Shown: in pieces, positions 48,514 through 58,308 of the stretch | Layout: the number at the start of each line of letters is the position of its first letter | Numbering within the stretch: the stretch's first letter is position 1 | From: an uncultured Alphaproteobacteria bacterium | GTDB lineage: Bacteria; Pseudomonadota; Alphaproteobacteria; Bin95 | Length of the DNA: 64,000 nt | Direction of reading: 5' to 3' | Assembly (NCBI GenBank): GCA_963974445.1 | Contig: CAXBDI010000004.1 | Coordinates: 1,068 to 65,067 of the forward strand | Translations under genes and position numbers: made by a program | The notes under the pieces: model-generated | Databases searched by the model: none | The model's input: the letters and a program-made list of their open reading frames with translations, nothing else | Told to the model about the DNA's origin: nothing

Positions 48514-49260
48514 ATGCTCGACGAGGTCAAAACCCTGCCCAACGACCCGGCTCTCCTCAAAGGATTGATCGTCTCGCTGACGTCGGAGTTGACCAGCCGT
48601 GATGTCTTGATCGCCAAGCTGCAGCACCAGCTTTCCGGTCTCCGCCGCCATCAGTTCGGCTCCCGTTCGGAAAGCATCGATCAGCTTGAACTGACCCTGG
48701 AAGAGCAAGAGATCGCCCGCGCCGCCGAAGCGCCAGCCATCCCACCCGACCAAGCTAAGGGCGAGAAGCGCCAGCCCAAACGCCGCCCCTTGCCGAAGAA
48801 CCTGCCTCGGCGCGAGACCCTGTTATCGCCGGGCGAGATCTGTGCCGGTTGCGGCGGCAAGTTGCGTGCGTTCGACCAGGATGTGACCGAAGAATTGGAA
48901 TACATTCCAGGCCGGTTTGTCGTGAACCGGATTGTGCGGCCCGTTGCCTGGCAGGCGATGCCTGCATCGCCGAGAAGGGCGTATGGCCTGTTCCTGCTGC
49001 GAACAGATCGTGCAAGCGCCACTGCCGTCCCGTCCCATTGAGCGCGGGCGGCCAGAGCCGGGATTGCTGGCGCACGTGCTGGTCGGCAAATATGCCGACC
49101 ACTTGCCGCTCTATCGCCAAAGCCAGATATTCGGGCACGATGGCATCGATCTGCCTCGTTCGACACTGACCGACTGGGTCGGGCAAGCAACGAACCTGCT
49201 AGAGCCATTAGCAGAGGCCATTGGCCGTTCTACAGCGGCAATCTGGATGAGAAGCGCATT
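48514..49260 (+). pseudogene. IS66-family transposase TnpC, frameshifted and 3'-truncated.
   Basis: The N-terminus has an LZ region and a zinc finger (…GEICAGCGGKLR…). It continues in another frame (48932..): …LLAHVLVGKYADHLPLYRQSQIFGHDGIDLPRSTLTDWV…. It stops about half-way to the expected ~500 aa. Confidence 0.75.
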
Positions 49261-49289
49261 GCCTCGCCAGAACTGTTCCCGCAGGATCT

Positions 49290-49905
49290 TTGCTTGCCGC
49301 ATTAGAGGTGTTCCTGAGGGTCACTTCGGAGGCAGGCATGAGGCGGATCAGCATGGCAACGAGAGACGAACTCCTGAAGGCGGTGGCATCGCGATACCGG
49401 TGCGCACGGCGCGCCGAGAAGGGCCGGATTTTGACGGAGTTTGCGGAGATCTCCGGATATCATCGCAAGCATGCCGAGCGGCTTCTCCGGCGCGGGCCCG
49501 TTGTGGACCGCTCCCGGTCCCGGCCCGAGCGGCGGGTATACGACGAGCGTCCGCCGGATGGTGGGCTATCGCCGATACTCGGGCATCACCGCGGCAACCG
49601 AACTGGCGCGGCTCTATCGCAGCATGCCATCGTTCAAGCTGATGGAGAAGACCCGTGACGGCGCCCGGGTGGCGAAGCGCTACCATGCTCCGCTGACACC
49701 GTGCCAGCGCGTCCAGGCCCATCCGGCCGTTGCCCACGAAACGAAGGTTGCGCTGGCGGTGCGGTTCGGGACGCTCGACCCGGTCATGCTGCTCCACGAC
49801 ATCCGACAGGCACAGGCCCGGCTCACGGCGCTGGCCGATGCCACGCCATCCGCCGAAGCCAGCGTCGGCGCCAAGGCCGACGTGGAGCAGTTCCTCGAGG
49901 TGTAG
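49290..49905 (+). pseudogene. Transposase-like fragment of unassigned family, split over two frames.
   Basis: 49290..49658 (…ISMATRDELLKAVASRYRCARRAEKGRILTEFAEISGYHRKHAERLL…) then 49441..49905 (…KTRDGARVAKRYHAPLTPCQRV…). HTH-like N-terminus. Interrupted and flanked by other IS remnants. Confidence 0.4.
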
Positions 49906-50008
49906 CGCGACAATCTGAGTGAGAAGCGGGCGACGATCAAGATGAGAACCCAGTGTCGCAGCGTATTGATGATCGCGGCGAAGATTGTCGCGCGCAAGCT
50001 TTGCTTTT

Positions 50009-50686
50009 TCAGTCTGATTGTCGTGGAGCGTCAGCGGCGGCGGTATTGACGGGTGTGGCGTATGAGGCGGGTCGTCCGCGTCCCCGCTTTTTCTCGATGG
50101 CAACGCGTCGTCGGTAGCTTTCGACGTTCATCTCGAAGATGGTGGCGTGATGGACCAGTCGGTCGACGGCGGCGAGCATCATGGCGGGGTCGGGAAAGAT
50201 CTTACCCCATTCGCCGAAGGGCTGGTTGGCGGTGATCAGCATCGATCGTCGCTCGTATCTGGCACTGATCAGTTCGAACAGCACGCTGGTCTCGGCCTGA
50301 TCCTTGGCGACGTAGGCGAGGTCGTCGAGGATCAGCAGGTGATAGCGGTCGAGCCGATTGATGGCGGCTTCGAGGCCGAGTTCGCGGCGGGCGACCTGGA
50401 GCTTCTGGACGAGGTCCGTCGTCCGGGTGAAGAGCACGCGCCAGCCGTTCTCGATCAGGGCGAGGCGGATGCGAGATGGCTCTTGCCTCCGCCGGAGCCG
50501 CCCCAGGAACACCACATTCTCACGCCGGGCGACGAAGGCCAAAGCCGCCAGGTGTTCGATCTGCTTGTGCGGAACCGTCGTTGCAAACTTGAAGTCATAC
50601 TCTTCCAACGTCTTCACCACTGGGAAGCCGGCCATCCGCACCAGCGTCGCGGCTGAGCGCGCCCGCCGGCAGTCCCGCTCCGTCAC
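50009..50686 (-). pseudogene. IS21-family IstB helper ATPase, degenerate.
   Basis: IstB motifs are present (…FPVVKTLEEYDFKF…, …LLILDDLAYV…, …RSMLITANQPFGEWGKIFPD…LDRLVHH…). The Walker A GPPGVGKTH is not recognisable and is replaced by GRLRRRQEPSRIRLA. Confidence 0.65.
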
Positions 50687-50689
50687 CAG

Positions 50690-51015
50690 CGCCTCTTCCA
50701 GGAAGTCCAGAAAGCTCTGTTCAATCTCCGCCGCCCGGGTGGCCAGGGCAGGAAAGCTCTCGGCCAGGCCGGCCAGCTTCAGTTCGTTGCAGAGCTCGAC
50801 CAGGCGATCCGACTGCAGGCTCGTGCCGCCGCCCGCCCGATGGTGTCATAGATGGCAAGGTCGTGCTGCTCGATACTGAACCCGCTCAAGTCAGCGACTG
50901 CCGGTTGCCCCGTCTCACGCCATTGTGCCGCCCTTGGCAGCAGCAATGCCTGCTCGTCCGCAAACCGGTCTGTGGGCCACTGTTTCGTCTCGCCATGGCA
51001 GCGCACATTGGTCAC
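50690..51015 (-). pseudogene. IS21 IstA C-terminal fragment.
   Basis: Short minus-strand ORF immediately upstream of istB (50779..51015 and flanking sequence). The N-terminal part of IstA is missing. Confidence 0.35.
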
Positions 51016-51084
51016 GTTGCGCAGCCAGGCGCCGACCTCGGCATTGGCTGTCGCGGCATCGAGCCGGCGGCGCTTCTCGGCGAC

Positions 51085-51333
51085 AAAGGCTACGACGGTG
51101 ATGCCTTGATCTCAGCCCTGGAAAGACGCGCAATCAAGCCGGTGATCCCGCCGAAATCCAACCGCAAGGTCAAACACGACTGCGATTTCGCACTCTACCG
51201 CGAGCGCAACCTGATCGAGCGTTTCTTCAACACTATCAAACAGTTCAGAGGCATCGCCACACGTTACGAAAAAACTGCGCGGAACTTTCTCGCCGGCCTT
51301 CACTTGGTCTGTGCACTCGTTTGGCTCAAATGA
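51085..51333 (+). pseudogene. IS5-family (DDE_Tnp_1) transposase C-terminal fragment.
   Basis: …LLGDKGYDGDALISALERRAIKPVIPPKSNRKVKHDCDFALYRERNLIERFFNTIKQFRGIATRYEKTARNFLAGLHLVCALVWL, the typical IS5/IS427-group C-terminus. The N-terminal ~2/3 is absent. Confidence 0.7.
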
Positions 51334-51425
51334 CGACACGCCCTAACCCCGATCAGTATGCTGCGGTTTTGTGTTCGGCCAGAATGTCGCATCCGGCGAA
51401 TAGTGGATCAACTGCGCCAGCCGCG

Positions 51426-52463
51426 CTAAACCGAGATGATGACCTTGAGCGCCTTGGTCTTGGCGGCATCGCCGAAGGTGTCATAGGCCGCAACGATCTC
51501 ATCAAGCTTGAAGTGGTGGGTGATCAACTGCGTCGGATCGATCTTCTTTGATGCCACCGTCTTGAACAGCATCGGGATCGTGACCGTATCGACCAGCCGG
51601 GTGGTGATCGCGATGTTGCGGTCCCAGAGTTTTTCCAGATGCAGATCGACCTTCTTGCCATGCACGCCGACGTTGGCGATGGTCCCGCCCGCTGTCACAA
51701 GCTCCTGACACAACTCGAAAGTGGCGGGAATCCCGACAGCCTCGATCACGGTATCGACGCCGCGGTTCTCGGTCAGTTTCATCACCGCGTCCAGCGCCTT
51801 GCCATCGGAACTGTTGATCGTCGCCGTCGCGCCGAATTTGGTTCCGGTCTGCAATCGGTTGTCGTCCAGATCGATCATGATGATCTCGGCGGGTGAGTAG
51901 AATTGCGCGGTCAGAAGCGCCGCCAGCCCGATCGGCCCCGCCCCGACGATCGCCACGGTGCTGCCGGGGGCGATCCGACCGTTCAGAACCCCGCATTCGA
52001 GGCCCGTCGGCAGGATGTCGCTGAGCATCACCAGCGCCTCTTCATCGGTGCCCTTCGGGATGTGATAGAGGCTCATGTCGGCATGCGGCGTGCGCACGAA
52101 TTCGGCCTGGGTTCCGTCGATTGTATTGCCCAGAATCCAGCCGCCCGTCGTGCAGTGCGAATACATCTGCTTGCGGCAATAGACGCATGTGCCGCAAGCG
52201 CTGACACAGGAAATCAGCACATGATCTCCAGCCTTGAAGGCGGTCACGGCAGGCCCGACCTTGTCGATGATGCCGACCCCTTCATGCCCCAGGATACGGC
52301 CCGGTTCACAGGTCGGCACGTCGCCCTTGATGATGTGCAGATCGGTGCCACAGATCGTGGTTTTCGACATCCGCACAATGGCATCGGTAGGTTCGGATAT
52401 CTCGGGCTTCGGGCGATCCTCCAGCGATTTTTTTCCTACAGCCTTATAGACCAGCGCTTTCAT
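51426..52463 (-). CDS. Zinc-dependent alcohol dehydrogenase (MDR family).
   Basis: 345 aa from MKALVYK. Catalytic Zn ligands (…CGTDLH…GHEGVG…), structural Zn motif CVSACGTCVYCRKQMYSHC and NAD motif GAGPIGL. The track fuses it to an upstream transposase fragment (to 52907), which is an artefact. Confidence 0.85.
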   Translation of the reverse strand: MKALVYKAVGKKSLEDRPKPEISEPTDAIVRMSKTTICGTDLHIIKGDVPTCEPGRILGHEGVGIIDKVGPAVTAFKAGDHVLISCVSACGTCVYCRKQMYSHCTTGGWILGNTIDGTQAEFVRTPHADMSLYHIPKGTDEEALVMLSDILPTGLECGVLNGRIAPGSTVAIVGAGPIGLAALLTAQFYSPAEIIMIDLDDNRLQTGTKFGATATINSSDGKALDAVMKLTENRGVDTVIEAVGIPATFELCQELVTAGGTIANVGVHGKKVDLHLEKLWDRNIAITTRLVDTVTIPMLFKTVASKKIDPTQLITHHFKLDEIVAAYDTFGDAAKTKALKVIISV

Positions 52464-52758
52464 GATCGGTGTCCTTGTTTTGGAAGCCGAAGCTTCAATT
52501 GAGCGCCACCGGACTTCGGCATGCATGGATTGCGTGCCGCCTGCTGATGTGCCCGTTGGGGCGCAGGTGCTTTTGGACAGGTGCGATATCCAACAGAATG
52601 ACACAGATGCAGGAGGCCGTTGTTGATCCAGATCAATGTTCGGGTTTCGCAGCAACTCAACCTCGAGGCCCGGGACCGCCAGCCAGCAGTCCGGCGAGCA
52701 TTTGCAGAAGCCACGCAATCGTGATGAATAAGGCGGCGGATCTGCCACCGAACAGGTT

Positions 52759-52907
52759 TTGCGCGGCCTGGCCCAGGTTCGAGGCAGATCCCGCTCCCCC
52801 GAGGGCGGTTTCGACGACGTCCGAGACGTCTTTGCCGGGCGCTGCAGCTTCAGCACCAACTCCACCAACTCATCCTTGCTGAGCTTCTCGAGGGCATCAC
52901 GATCCAT
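52759..52907 (-). pseudogene. Transposase N-terminal remnant, copy 2 (MDRDALEKLSKDELVELVLKLQRPAKTSRTSSKPPS…).
   Basis: It holds direct-repeat copy B (52801-52886) and has the same orientation and motif as 47482-47664. Confidence 0.5.
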
Positions 52908-53078
52908 CCATAGTGTGAATCACGAATTGCACGCCTGCGCAAGGGGGTGGGTAGTTACCTTGGAAGGATGGAGAGACAGTTGCTTCATTCAAGCAACCAT
53001 TTGATTTATTGTCGAAAACCAGCGCCATCGCGGCGCAAGAAAAACGGCCAGAATGCATGATTCCGACCGTTTTGAAAA

Positions 53079-53153
53079 ATGGCTCCGCGGGTAGGATTCG
53101 AACCTACGACCGATCGGTTAACAGCCGATTGCTCTACCACTGAGCTACCGCGG
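53079..53153 (-). tRNA. tRNA-Asn (anticodon GUU).
   Basis: 75-nt cloverleaf TCCGCGGTAGCTCAGTGGTAGAGCAATCGGCTGTTAACCGATCGGTCGTAGGTTCGAATCCTACCCGCGGAGCCA. It has the U1:A72 pair and G73 typical of bacterial tRNA-Asn, anticodon loop CTGTTAA and an encoded CCA. Confidence 0.9.
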
Positions 53154-53287
53154 ACCAAGCGTTGGGGCTTAGGTGGAGGAGCGTCGCCTCCCTGCCGAAC
53201 GAGCGCGCATACTAGTGCGCACCTGCGGCGTTGCCAAGCGCGAACTGGCGCCCGCAATGCCGCAGTTTTCAGATGCGAGTCTGATGC

Positions 53288-55033
53288 TTAAACGACCGGC
53301 ACCCGCTTCGACGCCAGCATGGCCGGCGAGATCACGTCGACGTCCAGCGGCACGCGCCAACGCTCGGTCTCCCGCACTGCGGGCGCTGCGTTCGGTAGCG
53401 GTGCGCCATCGAATTCGAAGCCCTCGTAGCCATGGGATTGCACCTCATTACACTTCTGCACATAGACCGGAAAACCGCCGATATAGGGCATAAACACCCG
53501 CGGCCGACCCGGCACGTTCGCCCCCACATACCAGGAGGAGCAGGTGGAGCGCAGCGAGATCTCCGCCACTTCATTCACATGCTTGACCCAGTCGTCCTGG
53601 GCTTGCAAGGTCGGCTCGAAGGTCTCGGCACCGATGTCGCGCATATGGGCGATGCAATCGATCATCCAGTCGGCGTGTTGCTCGATGGATTGGATCATGC
53701 TGGCCAGCACGCTGGGGCTGCCCGGGCCGGTGATCATGAAGAAATTCGGGAAGCCGACAGAGGCGACGCCCAGATAGGTGCGCGGCCCGGCCTCCCACGC
53801 CTTCTTCAACGTCAGGCCGCCGCGGCCGCGGATGTCGATCTTGTCGAACGAGCCGGTCATTGCGGCAAAGCCCGTCGCGCAAACGACGGCGTCCGCCGGA
53901 TATTCGACGCCGTTGGTGACAACGCCGGTCGCGGTAAACCGCTCGATTGGATGCTCCGAGACATCAACCAGTTGCACATGCGGCAGGTTGTAGGTCTCGT
54001 AATAGCCGGTGTCGACGCACAGCCGCTTGCAGCCCAACACATTGTCGGGGCAGAGCAATTCCGCGGTCGCCGGGTCTTTGACCACGGCGCGGATCTTGTC
54101 CCGGGCGAAGTCTGCGACCGTGTCGTTAGAGGCTTCGTCGAACAACAGGTCGCCGAATGCGCCGAGGAACGGCAGGCCGCCACGCTCCCATGCCGCCTCA
54201 TAGGCCCGCCGCCGTTCGTCCTCGGAGACGTCTAGCGCCGATTTGGTGTTGAACGGGAAGTAGAAGCCGGTTGGCCGCGCCCGCGCCTTTGCCCGCAGTT
54301 CCGGATAGGTCGCCTTGACCTCCGCCACCTTGGCTGGGTCCAATCTTTCGTTCCAGGCCGGCACGGTGTAGGCCGGCGTGCGCTGAAACACCGTCAGTTG
54401 CGCCGCTTGCTCGGCGATCAGTGGGATCGATTGGATGGCGGACGAACCGGTGCCGATGACGCAGACCTTCTGGCCATGGAAGTCTGCGCCCTCCTTCGGC
54501 CAATGACCGGTGTGGTAGATCGGCCCGTCGAAGTCGTCCATGCCGGCGAAGTCCGGGATGTTGGCCGCGGAGAGACAGCCGACCGCCATGATGCAGAACT
54601 GCGCCTCGATCCGGTCGCCCTGGTCGGTCTCCACCAGCCAGCGCTTCGCCGTCTCATCGTAATGGGCGCTGGTTACGCGCGTGTTGAACTGGATATCCGG
54701 GCGCAGGTCGAAGCGGTCGGCGACGTGCTGGGCGTAGGCCAGGATTTCCGGCTGCGGCGCGTATTTCTCCGACCAGGTCCATTCCTGATCCAACTCCTCG
54801 GAGAAGGAATAGGAGTACTGCATGCTTTCGATATCGCAGCGCGCGCCAGGGTAGCGGTTCCAGTACCAGGTGCCGCCAACATCGCTACCGGCCTCGAACA
54901 CTTGCGCGGTGAAGCCCTGTTTGCGCAGGCAATGCAGCATATACATGCCGCCGAACCCCGCGCCGACGACAACGGCATCAACGGTTCGGTCGACGGTTCG
55001 CTCTTGGCTTGGATCGATAACGGCGGCGTTCAT
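53288..55033 (-). CDS. Baeyer-Villiger (type I flavin, FAD/NADPH) monooxygenase.
   Basis: Two Rossmann GxGxxG motifs (VVGAGFGG, VIGTGSSA) and the BVMO fingerprint FDGPIYHTGHWP (FxGxxxHxxxWP). Confidence 0.85.
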   Translation of the reverse strand: MNAAVIDPSQERTVDRTVDAVVVGAGFGGMYMLHCLRKQGFTAQVFEAGSDVGGTWYWNRYPGARCDIESMQYSYSFSEELDQEWTWSEKYAPQPEILAYAQHVADRFDLRPDIQFNTRVTSAHYDETAKRWLVETDQGDRIEAQFCIMAVGCLSAANIPDFAGMDDFDGPIYHTGHWPKEGADFHGQKVCVIGTGSSAIQSIPLIAEQAAQLTVFQRTPAYTVPAWNERLDPAKVAEVKATYPELRAKARARPTGFYFPFNTKSALDVSEDERRRAYEAAWERGGLPFLGAFGDLLFDEASNDTVADFARDKIRAVVKDPATAELLCPDNVLGCKRLCVDTGYYETYNLPHVQLVDVSEHPIERFTATGVVTNGVEYPADAVVCATGFAAMTGSFDKIDIRGRGGLTLKKAWEAGPRTYLGVASVGFPNFFMITGPGSPSVLASMIQSIEQHADWMIDCIAHMRDIGAETFEPTLQAQDDWVKHVNEVAEISLRSTCSSWYVGANVPGRPRVFMPYIGGFPVYVQKCNEVQSHGYEGFEFDGAPLPNAAPAVRETERWRVPLDVDVISPAMLASKRVPVV

Positions 55034-55095
55034 GGGCGTTTCTCCGAACGGTGCGGCTCAGTTTGAGGCAGATTGTTGCCATATCGCGGACGAAA

Positions 55096-55512
55096 TCAAC
55101 CGTCGAGCCGGCCCCACCATGCCCATCGGGCAATGCGAATGGCGATCACCGGCAGCGGCTCCAGCGCCATGCTACGGTATTGCCGGTATTTCTCGCGCAG
55201 CAATACCTGCGCCGCATCATGCTCTGGCCCCGTGTCCAAAACCTCCGCCGCGCCACGCACCATGACCCAGCCGAGTTGGTTCCAATCCTCGGCGTAGTGA
55301 TCGGCGACCAAAGCCACCTGCGGATTCTCCATGATATTGCGCACCCGCTTTAGAGGGCGGCTGCGATCTTTCGGCTTCTCGTCCACGGTGATGTAGAGCG
55401 AAGCCGCCGCCGGATCGAGTGTGAAGCAGACCGGGATCACGTGCGGAACGCCGCTAGCGTCGGCAGTGGCCAACCGCGCCACACGCTGGTTGGAGAGCCA
55501 AAGGCGTGCCAT
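55096..55512 (-). CDS. Pyridoxamine 5'-phosphate oxidase-family (FMN/F420-binding split-barrel) protein.
   Basis: About 138 aa from MARLWLSNQRVARLATADASGVPHVIPVCFTLD…, the PNPOx-like split-barrel pattern. The track ORF is N-terminally extended. Confidence 0.6.
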   Translation of the reverse strand: MARLWLSNQRVARLATADASGVPHVIPVCFTLDPAAASLYITVDEKPKDRSRPLKRVRNIMENPQVALVADHYAEDWNQLGWVMVRGAAEVLDTGPEHDAAQVLLREKYRQYRSMALEPLPVIAIRIARWAWWGRLDG

Positions 55513-55612
55513 CTTTCTAGTAAACAATAGTGGCTCCGATATCGCACTGACCAACACTTGAAGTATTGGCAAAGGAATCCCTTTTGGCAAAACAGCAGAA
55601 AGGATCAGACAA

Positions 55613-57592
55613 TCAGGGCTGAATCGCTCGGATAATCGGCGGTGCCACGAGTCCGGTACCCTGAGCACTCAAATGGTCGTCATCGGTATAAAGTGCATGC
55701 ATCCCATCGCTAACGGCGCAGGTGAGCGATCCGCACAATAGGCGGTGCGGGTATATAACTTGCACACCTTGCATCGACTCTACTGTTGTGAGGGCGGCGA
55801 AAACTAAAGCCTGACGGCGATCGAATTCCTGCCGCGAGATAGCCGGAATAGTGTAACCTAGATGCGCAGCCCGAATCATCATCGACGGCACAGAATAGCT
55901 TACTTCCGGTGTCGGGCCAATAACAACGACCCGCACACCTGCCTCAGTCAGCCGCTTCACCGTTCGTCGAAGGGCAGCCGCGAATGCAATGACCTTTCCG
56001 CCCGCCTCATCGTCATAAAGTGTTTTGGGCAGGCCGCCATCGCCTGGTGCTCGCGCTTCAGAGGCCAAATTCGCCCATCGTCCACCGAGGACTACCAATG
56101 AGACGCGGCCATTAGCTGCCATTTGCAACACAACCTTTTGCAGCTTTTGGCACTCGCCCCGGTTTTTGCGTTTCGAGGTGTGCACACCGATCAGAGGCGG
56201 GCAGTCCGGCATCGTCGCCATAACTCCGGTAAGGTCCGTGCCCTGCGCCAGCACTTCGCGATACATGCCGGCGTGAGAGTCGCCCCAAACCAGATAACTG
56301 ATTTTGCCCGCTGCTTCACCAAAAGCACAGATCGATGCCTTGGGAACGATTGGTAAGCCGTTGCCGGGTTGGCAGACCACATTATTAACATAACGATCCG
56401 CTGCCAAGCTCGCCTGCATTTTCTGGGCTGCTGGGGTCATCCGGCTGGGAACCCCATCCGCCATTTGCAATGAGAGCGCTGCAGCCGCAATTATCCCCAA
56501 AGCTACTAACAGAGCAACAGCCGGGCGGACGTGCGGGTGACTACGTTGAGCCTCCCGGAACGGGCTCTCTAAGAAACGCCAACTCAACGCCGCCAGCCCC
56601 AAAGTTCCTGCCAGGATTAAAACGCTGGCTCGTGTGTCCAACTCATTTCCCGTAGCCATCGTGTAAAAGGTGATCATCGGCCAGTGGAACAAATAGGTCG
56701 AGTAAGATATCCGACCGAGAAACACCAAGGGGGATGCCTGGAACAGGCGCCCGCCCAGACTTTCTGCTGGCAGCCCGGTTGCCAAGAAAACCGCCGCTGC
56801 ACCCACCGGCAGCAAGGCGGCAACGCCAGGGAACGGCGTATTGGTGTCAATCAACAGTGTCGCCGCAACAATTCCTGCAACCCCCAACCACGCTAGCAAT
56901 TGGCGAAAGGGTAGATGGCGCCGACGGCGCCGCTCCCAGCAGGCGACGCACCCGCCGACGGCGATCTCCCAAAAGCGAGACATGGGCAAATAGAATGCGT
57001 GCCGCTCGTCCGACAGTCCATAAAGTGCGAACAAATTGTAGGCAAACGATAGCGCAACAATAACCGCTAGCACCGGCAACAACCGCTCGATTGCCTGCCG
57101 CCGCATCAGCAATAGAACCAGAAAAGGGGCGGTCAGGTAAAATTGCTCTTCCACACCCAGCGACCAGGTGTGAACGAGAGGTATCTCCCGGGCGCTATCG
57201 CCAAAATATTGAAAGCGATCATTGAAGTAAAAATTCGAGACGGAGAATACGGCAGACAGAGCACTGTCGCCGAATTCAGCATACTGCGCAGGTGTCATCA
57301 GCCACCAACCGAGCCCCATACTGGCAAGTATGGTCGCACCGAGTGCGGGTAGGATGCGGCAGATGCGACGCCGCCAAAAAGCGCGCAATGAAAAGCGACC
57401 GGCGGCTACATCCTGCAGCACGGTGCGAAAGATAACATAGCCCGAAATTACGAAAAACACATCGACTCCGACGAAGCCGCCCGAGACAATACCAATATCT
57501 AAATGGAACAAAAAGACGATCAGAACAGCGACCGCTCGGAGCGTATCCACGTCCGCGCGATACCCGGAAGGAGGTTCACTTGCCCCCCTCAT
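55613..57592 (-). CDS. Acyltransferase-3 (OafA/YrhL-like) membrane O-acyltransferase with a C-terminal SGNH-like domain.
   Basis: 659 aa. The N-terminus has about 10 TMS with the AT3 motif region (…VDVFFVISGYVIF…). The C-terminal ~250 aa is soluble (…LVWGDSHAG…). Confidence 0.75.
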   Translation of the reverse strand: MRGASEPPSGYRADVDTLRAVAVLIVFLFHLDIGIVSGGFVGVDVFFVISGYVIFRTVLQDVAAGRFSLRAFWRRRICRILPALGATILASMGLGWWLMTPAQYAEFGDSALSAVFSVSNFYFNDRFQYFGDSAREIPLVHTWSLGVEEQFYLTAPFLVLLLMRRQAIERLLPVLAVIVALSFAYNLFALYGLSDERHAFYLPMSRFWEIAVGGCVACWERRRRRHLPFRQLLAWLGVAGIVAATLLIDTNTPFPGVAALLPVGAAAVFLATGLPAESLGGRLFQASPLVFLGRISYSTYLFHWPMITFYTMATGNELDTRASVLILAGTLGLAALSWRFLESPFREAQRSHPHVRPAVALLVALGIIAAAALSLQMADGVPSRMTPAAQKMQASLAADRYVNNVVCQPGNGLPIVPKASICAFGEAAGKISYLVWGDSHAGMYREVLAQGTDLTGVMATMPDCPPLIGVHTSKRKNRGECQKLQKVVLQMAANGRVSLVVLGGRWANLASEARAPGDGGLPKTLYDDEAGGKVIAFAAALRRTVKRLTEAGVRVVVIGPTPEVSYSVPSMMIRAAHLGYTIPAISRQEFDRRQALVFAALTTVESMQGVQVIYPHRLLCGSLTCAVSDGMHALYTDDDHLSAQGTGLVAPPIIRAIQP

Positions 57593-57663
57593 GCTTTTAT
57601 TTTCCCATTAGGAGCCAACAGAAACTATACCTACTGGCGCCACATATGTCAGGGTAAGCGAGA

Positions 57664-58287
57664 TCACTCCGCCGCGATGCTGGGCGCCCAAGGCCGGACT
57701 TGGTTGTCTTTGCCTTCGAAGCTGTCGATGTTCGGGCGCTTCTTCATGGTCAGACCGATGTCGTCGAGGCCGTTCAGCAGGCAGTGCTTGCGGAAGGGAT
57801 CGACGTCGAACTTCACCTTCTCGCCACTCGGGCGGGTGATCTCCTGCGCCTCCAGATCGACGGTCAGGCGGGCGTTTGCGCCCTTACGAGCGTCCTCCAT
57901 CAACTCGTCGACGATCTCTTTCGGCAGCTTGATCAACAGCATGCCGTTCTTGAAGCTGTTGTTGAAAAAGATGTCGGCGAAGTCGGTGCCGATCACGCAT
58001 TTAATGCCAAAATCGGTCAACGCCCAGGGCGCATGCTCTCGGCTAGAACCGCAGCCAAAATTGTCGCCGACCACCAGAATTTCCGACTTGCGGTATGCGT
58101 CCTGGTTCAGCACAAAGCCCAGCTTTTCGCTCCCGTCGTCGTTATAGCGCTGGTCATTGAACAGACTCTTGCCGAGGCCGGCGCGCTGAATCGTCTTCAG
58201 GAACCGCGCCGGGATGATCTTGTCGGTATCGATATTCTGCGCCGGCATCGGGGCGGCGACGCCGGTAAAATTCTCGAATTTTTTCAT
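57664..58287 (-). CDS. leuD: 3-isopropylmalate dehydratase small subunit.
   Basis: 207 aa with …[21 protein letters not shown]…. Confidence 0.9.
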   Translation of the reverse strand: MKKFENFTGVAAPMPAQNIDTDKIIPARFLKTIQRAGLGKSLFNDQRYNDDGSEKLGFVLNQDAYRKSEILVVGDNFGCGSSREHAPWALTDFGIKCVIGTDFADIFFNNSFKNGMLLIKLPKEIVDELMEDARKGANARLTVDLEAQEITRPSGEKVKFDVDPFRKHCLLNGLDDIGLTMKKRPNIDSFEGKDNQVRPWAPSIAAE

Positions 58288-58308
58288 GGCTCAAGCAACT
58301 CCGAACGG

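Noticed and set aside
51426-52907. 493-aa ORF read as a single protein: transposase N-terminus fused to an alcohol dehydrogenase.
   Set aside because: A clear internal start (MKALVYK, 52463) gives a canonical 345-aa Zn-ADH. The upstream 148 codons are an in-frame read-through of a transposase fragment inside direct-repeat copy B.
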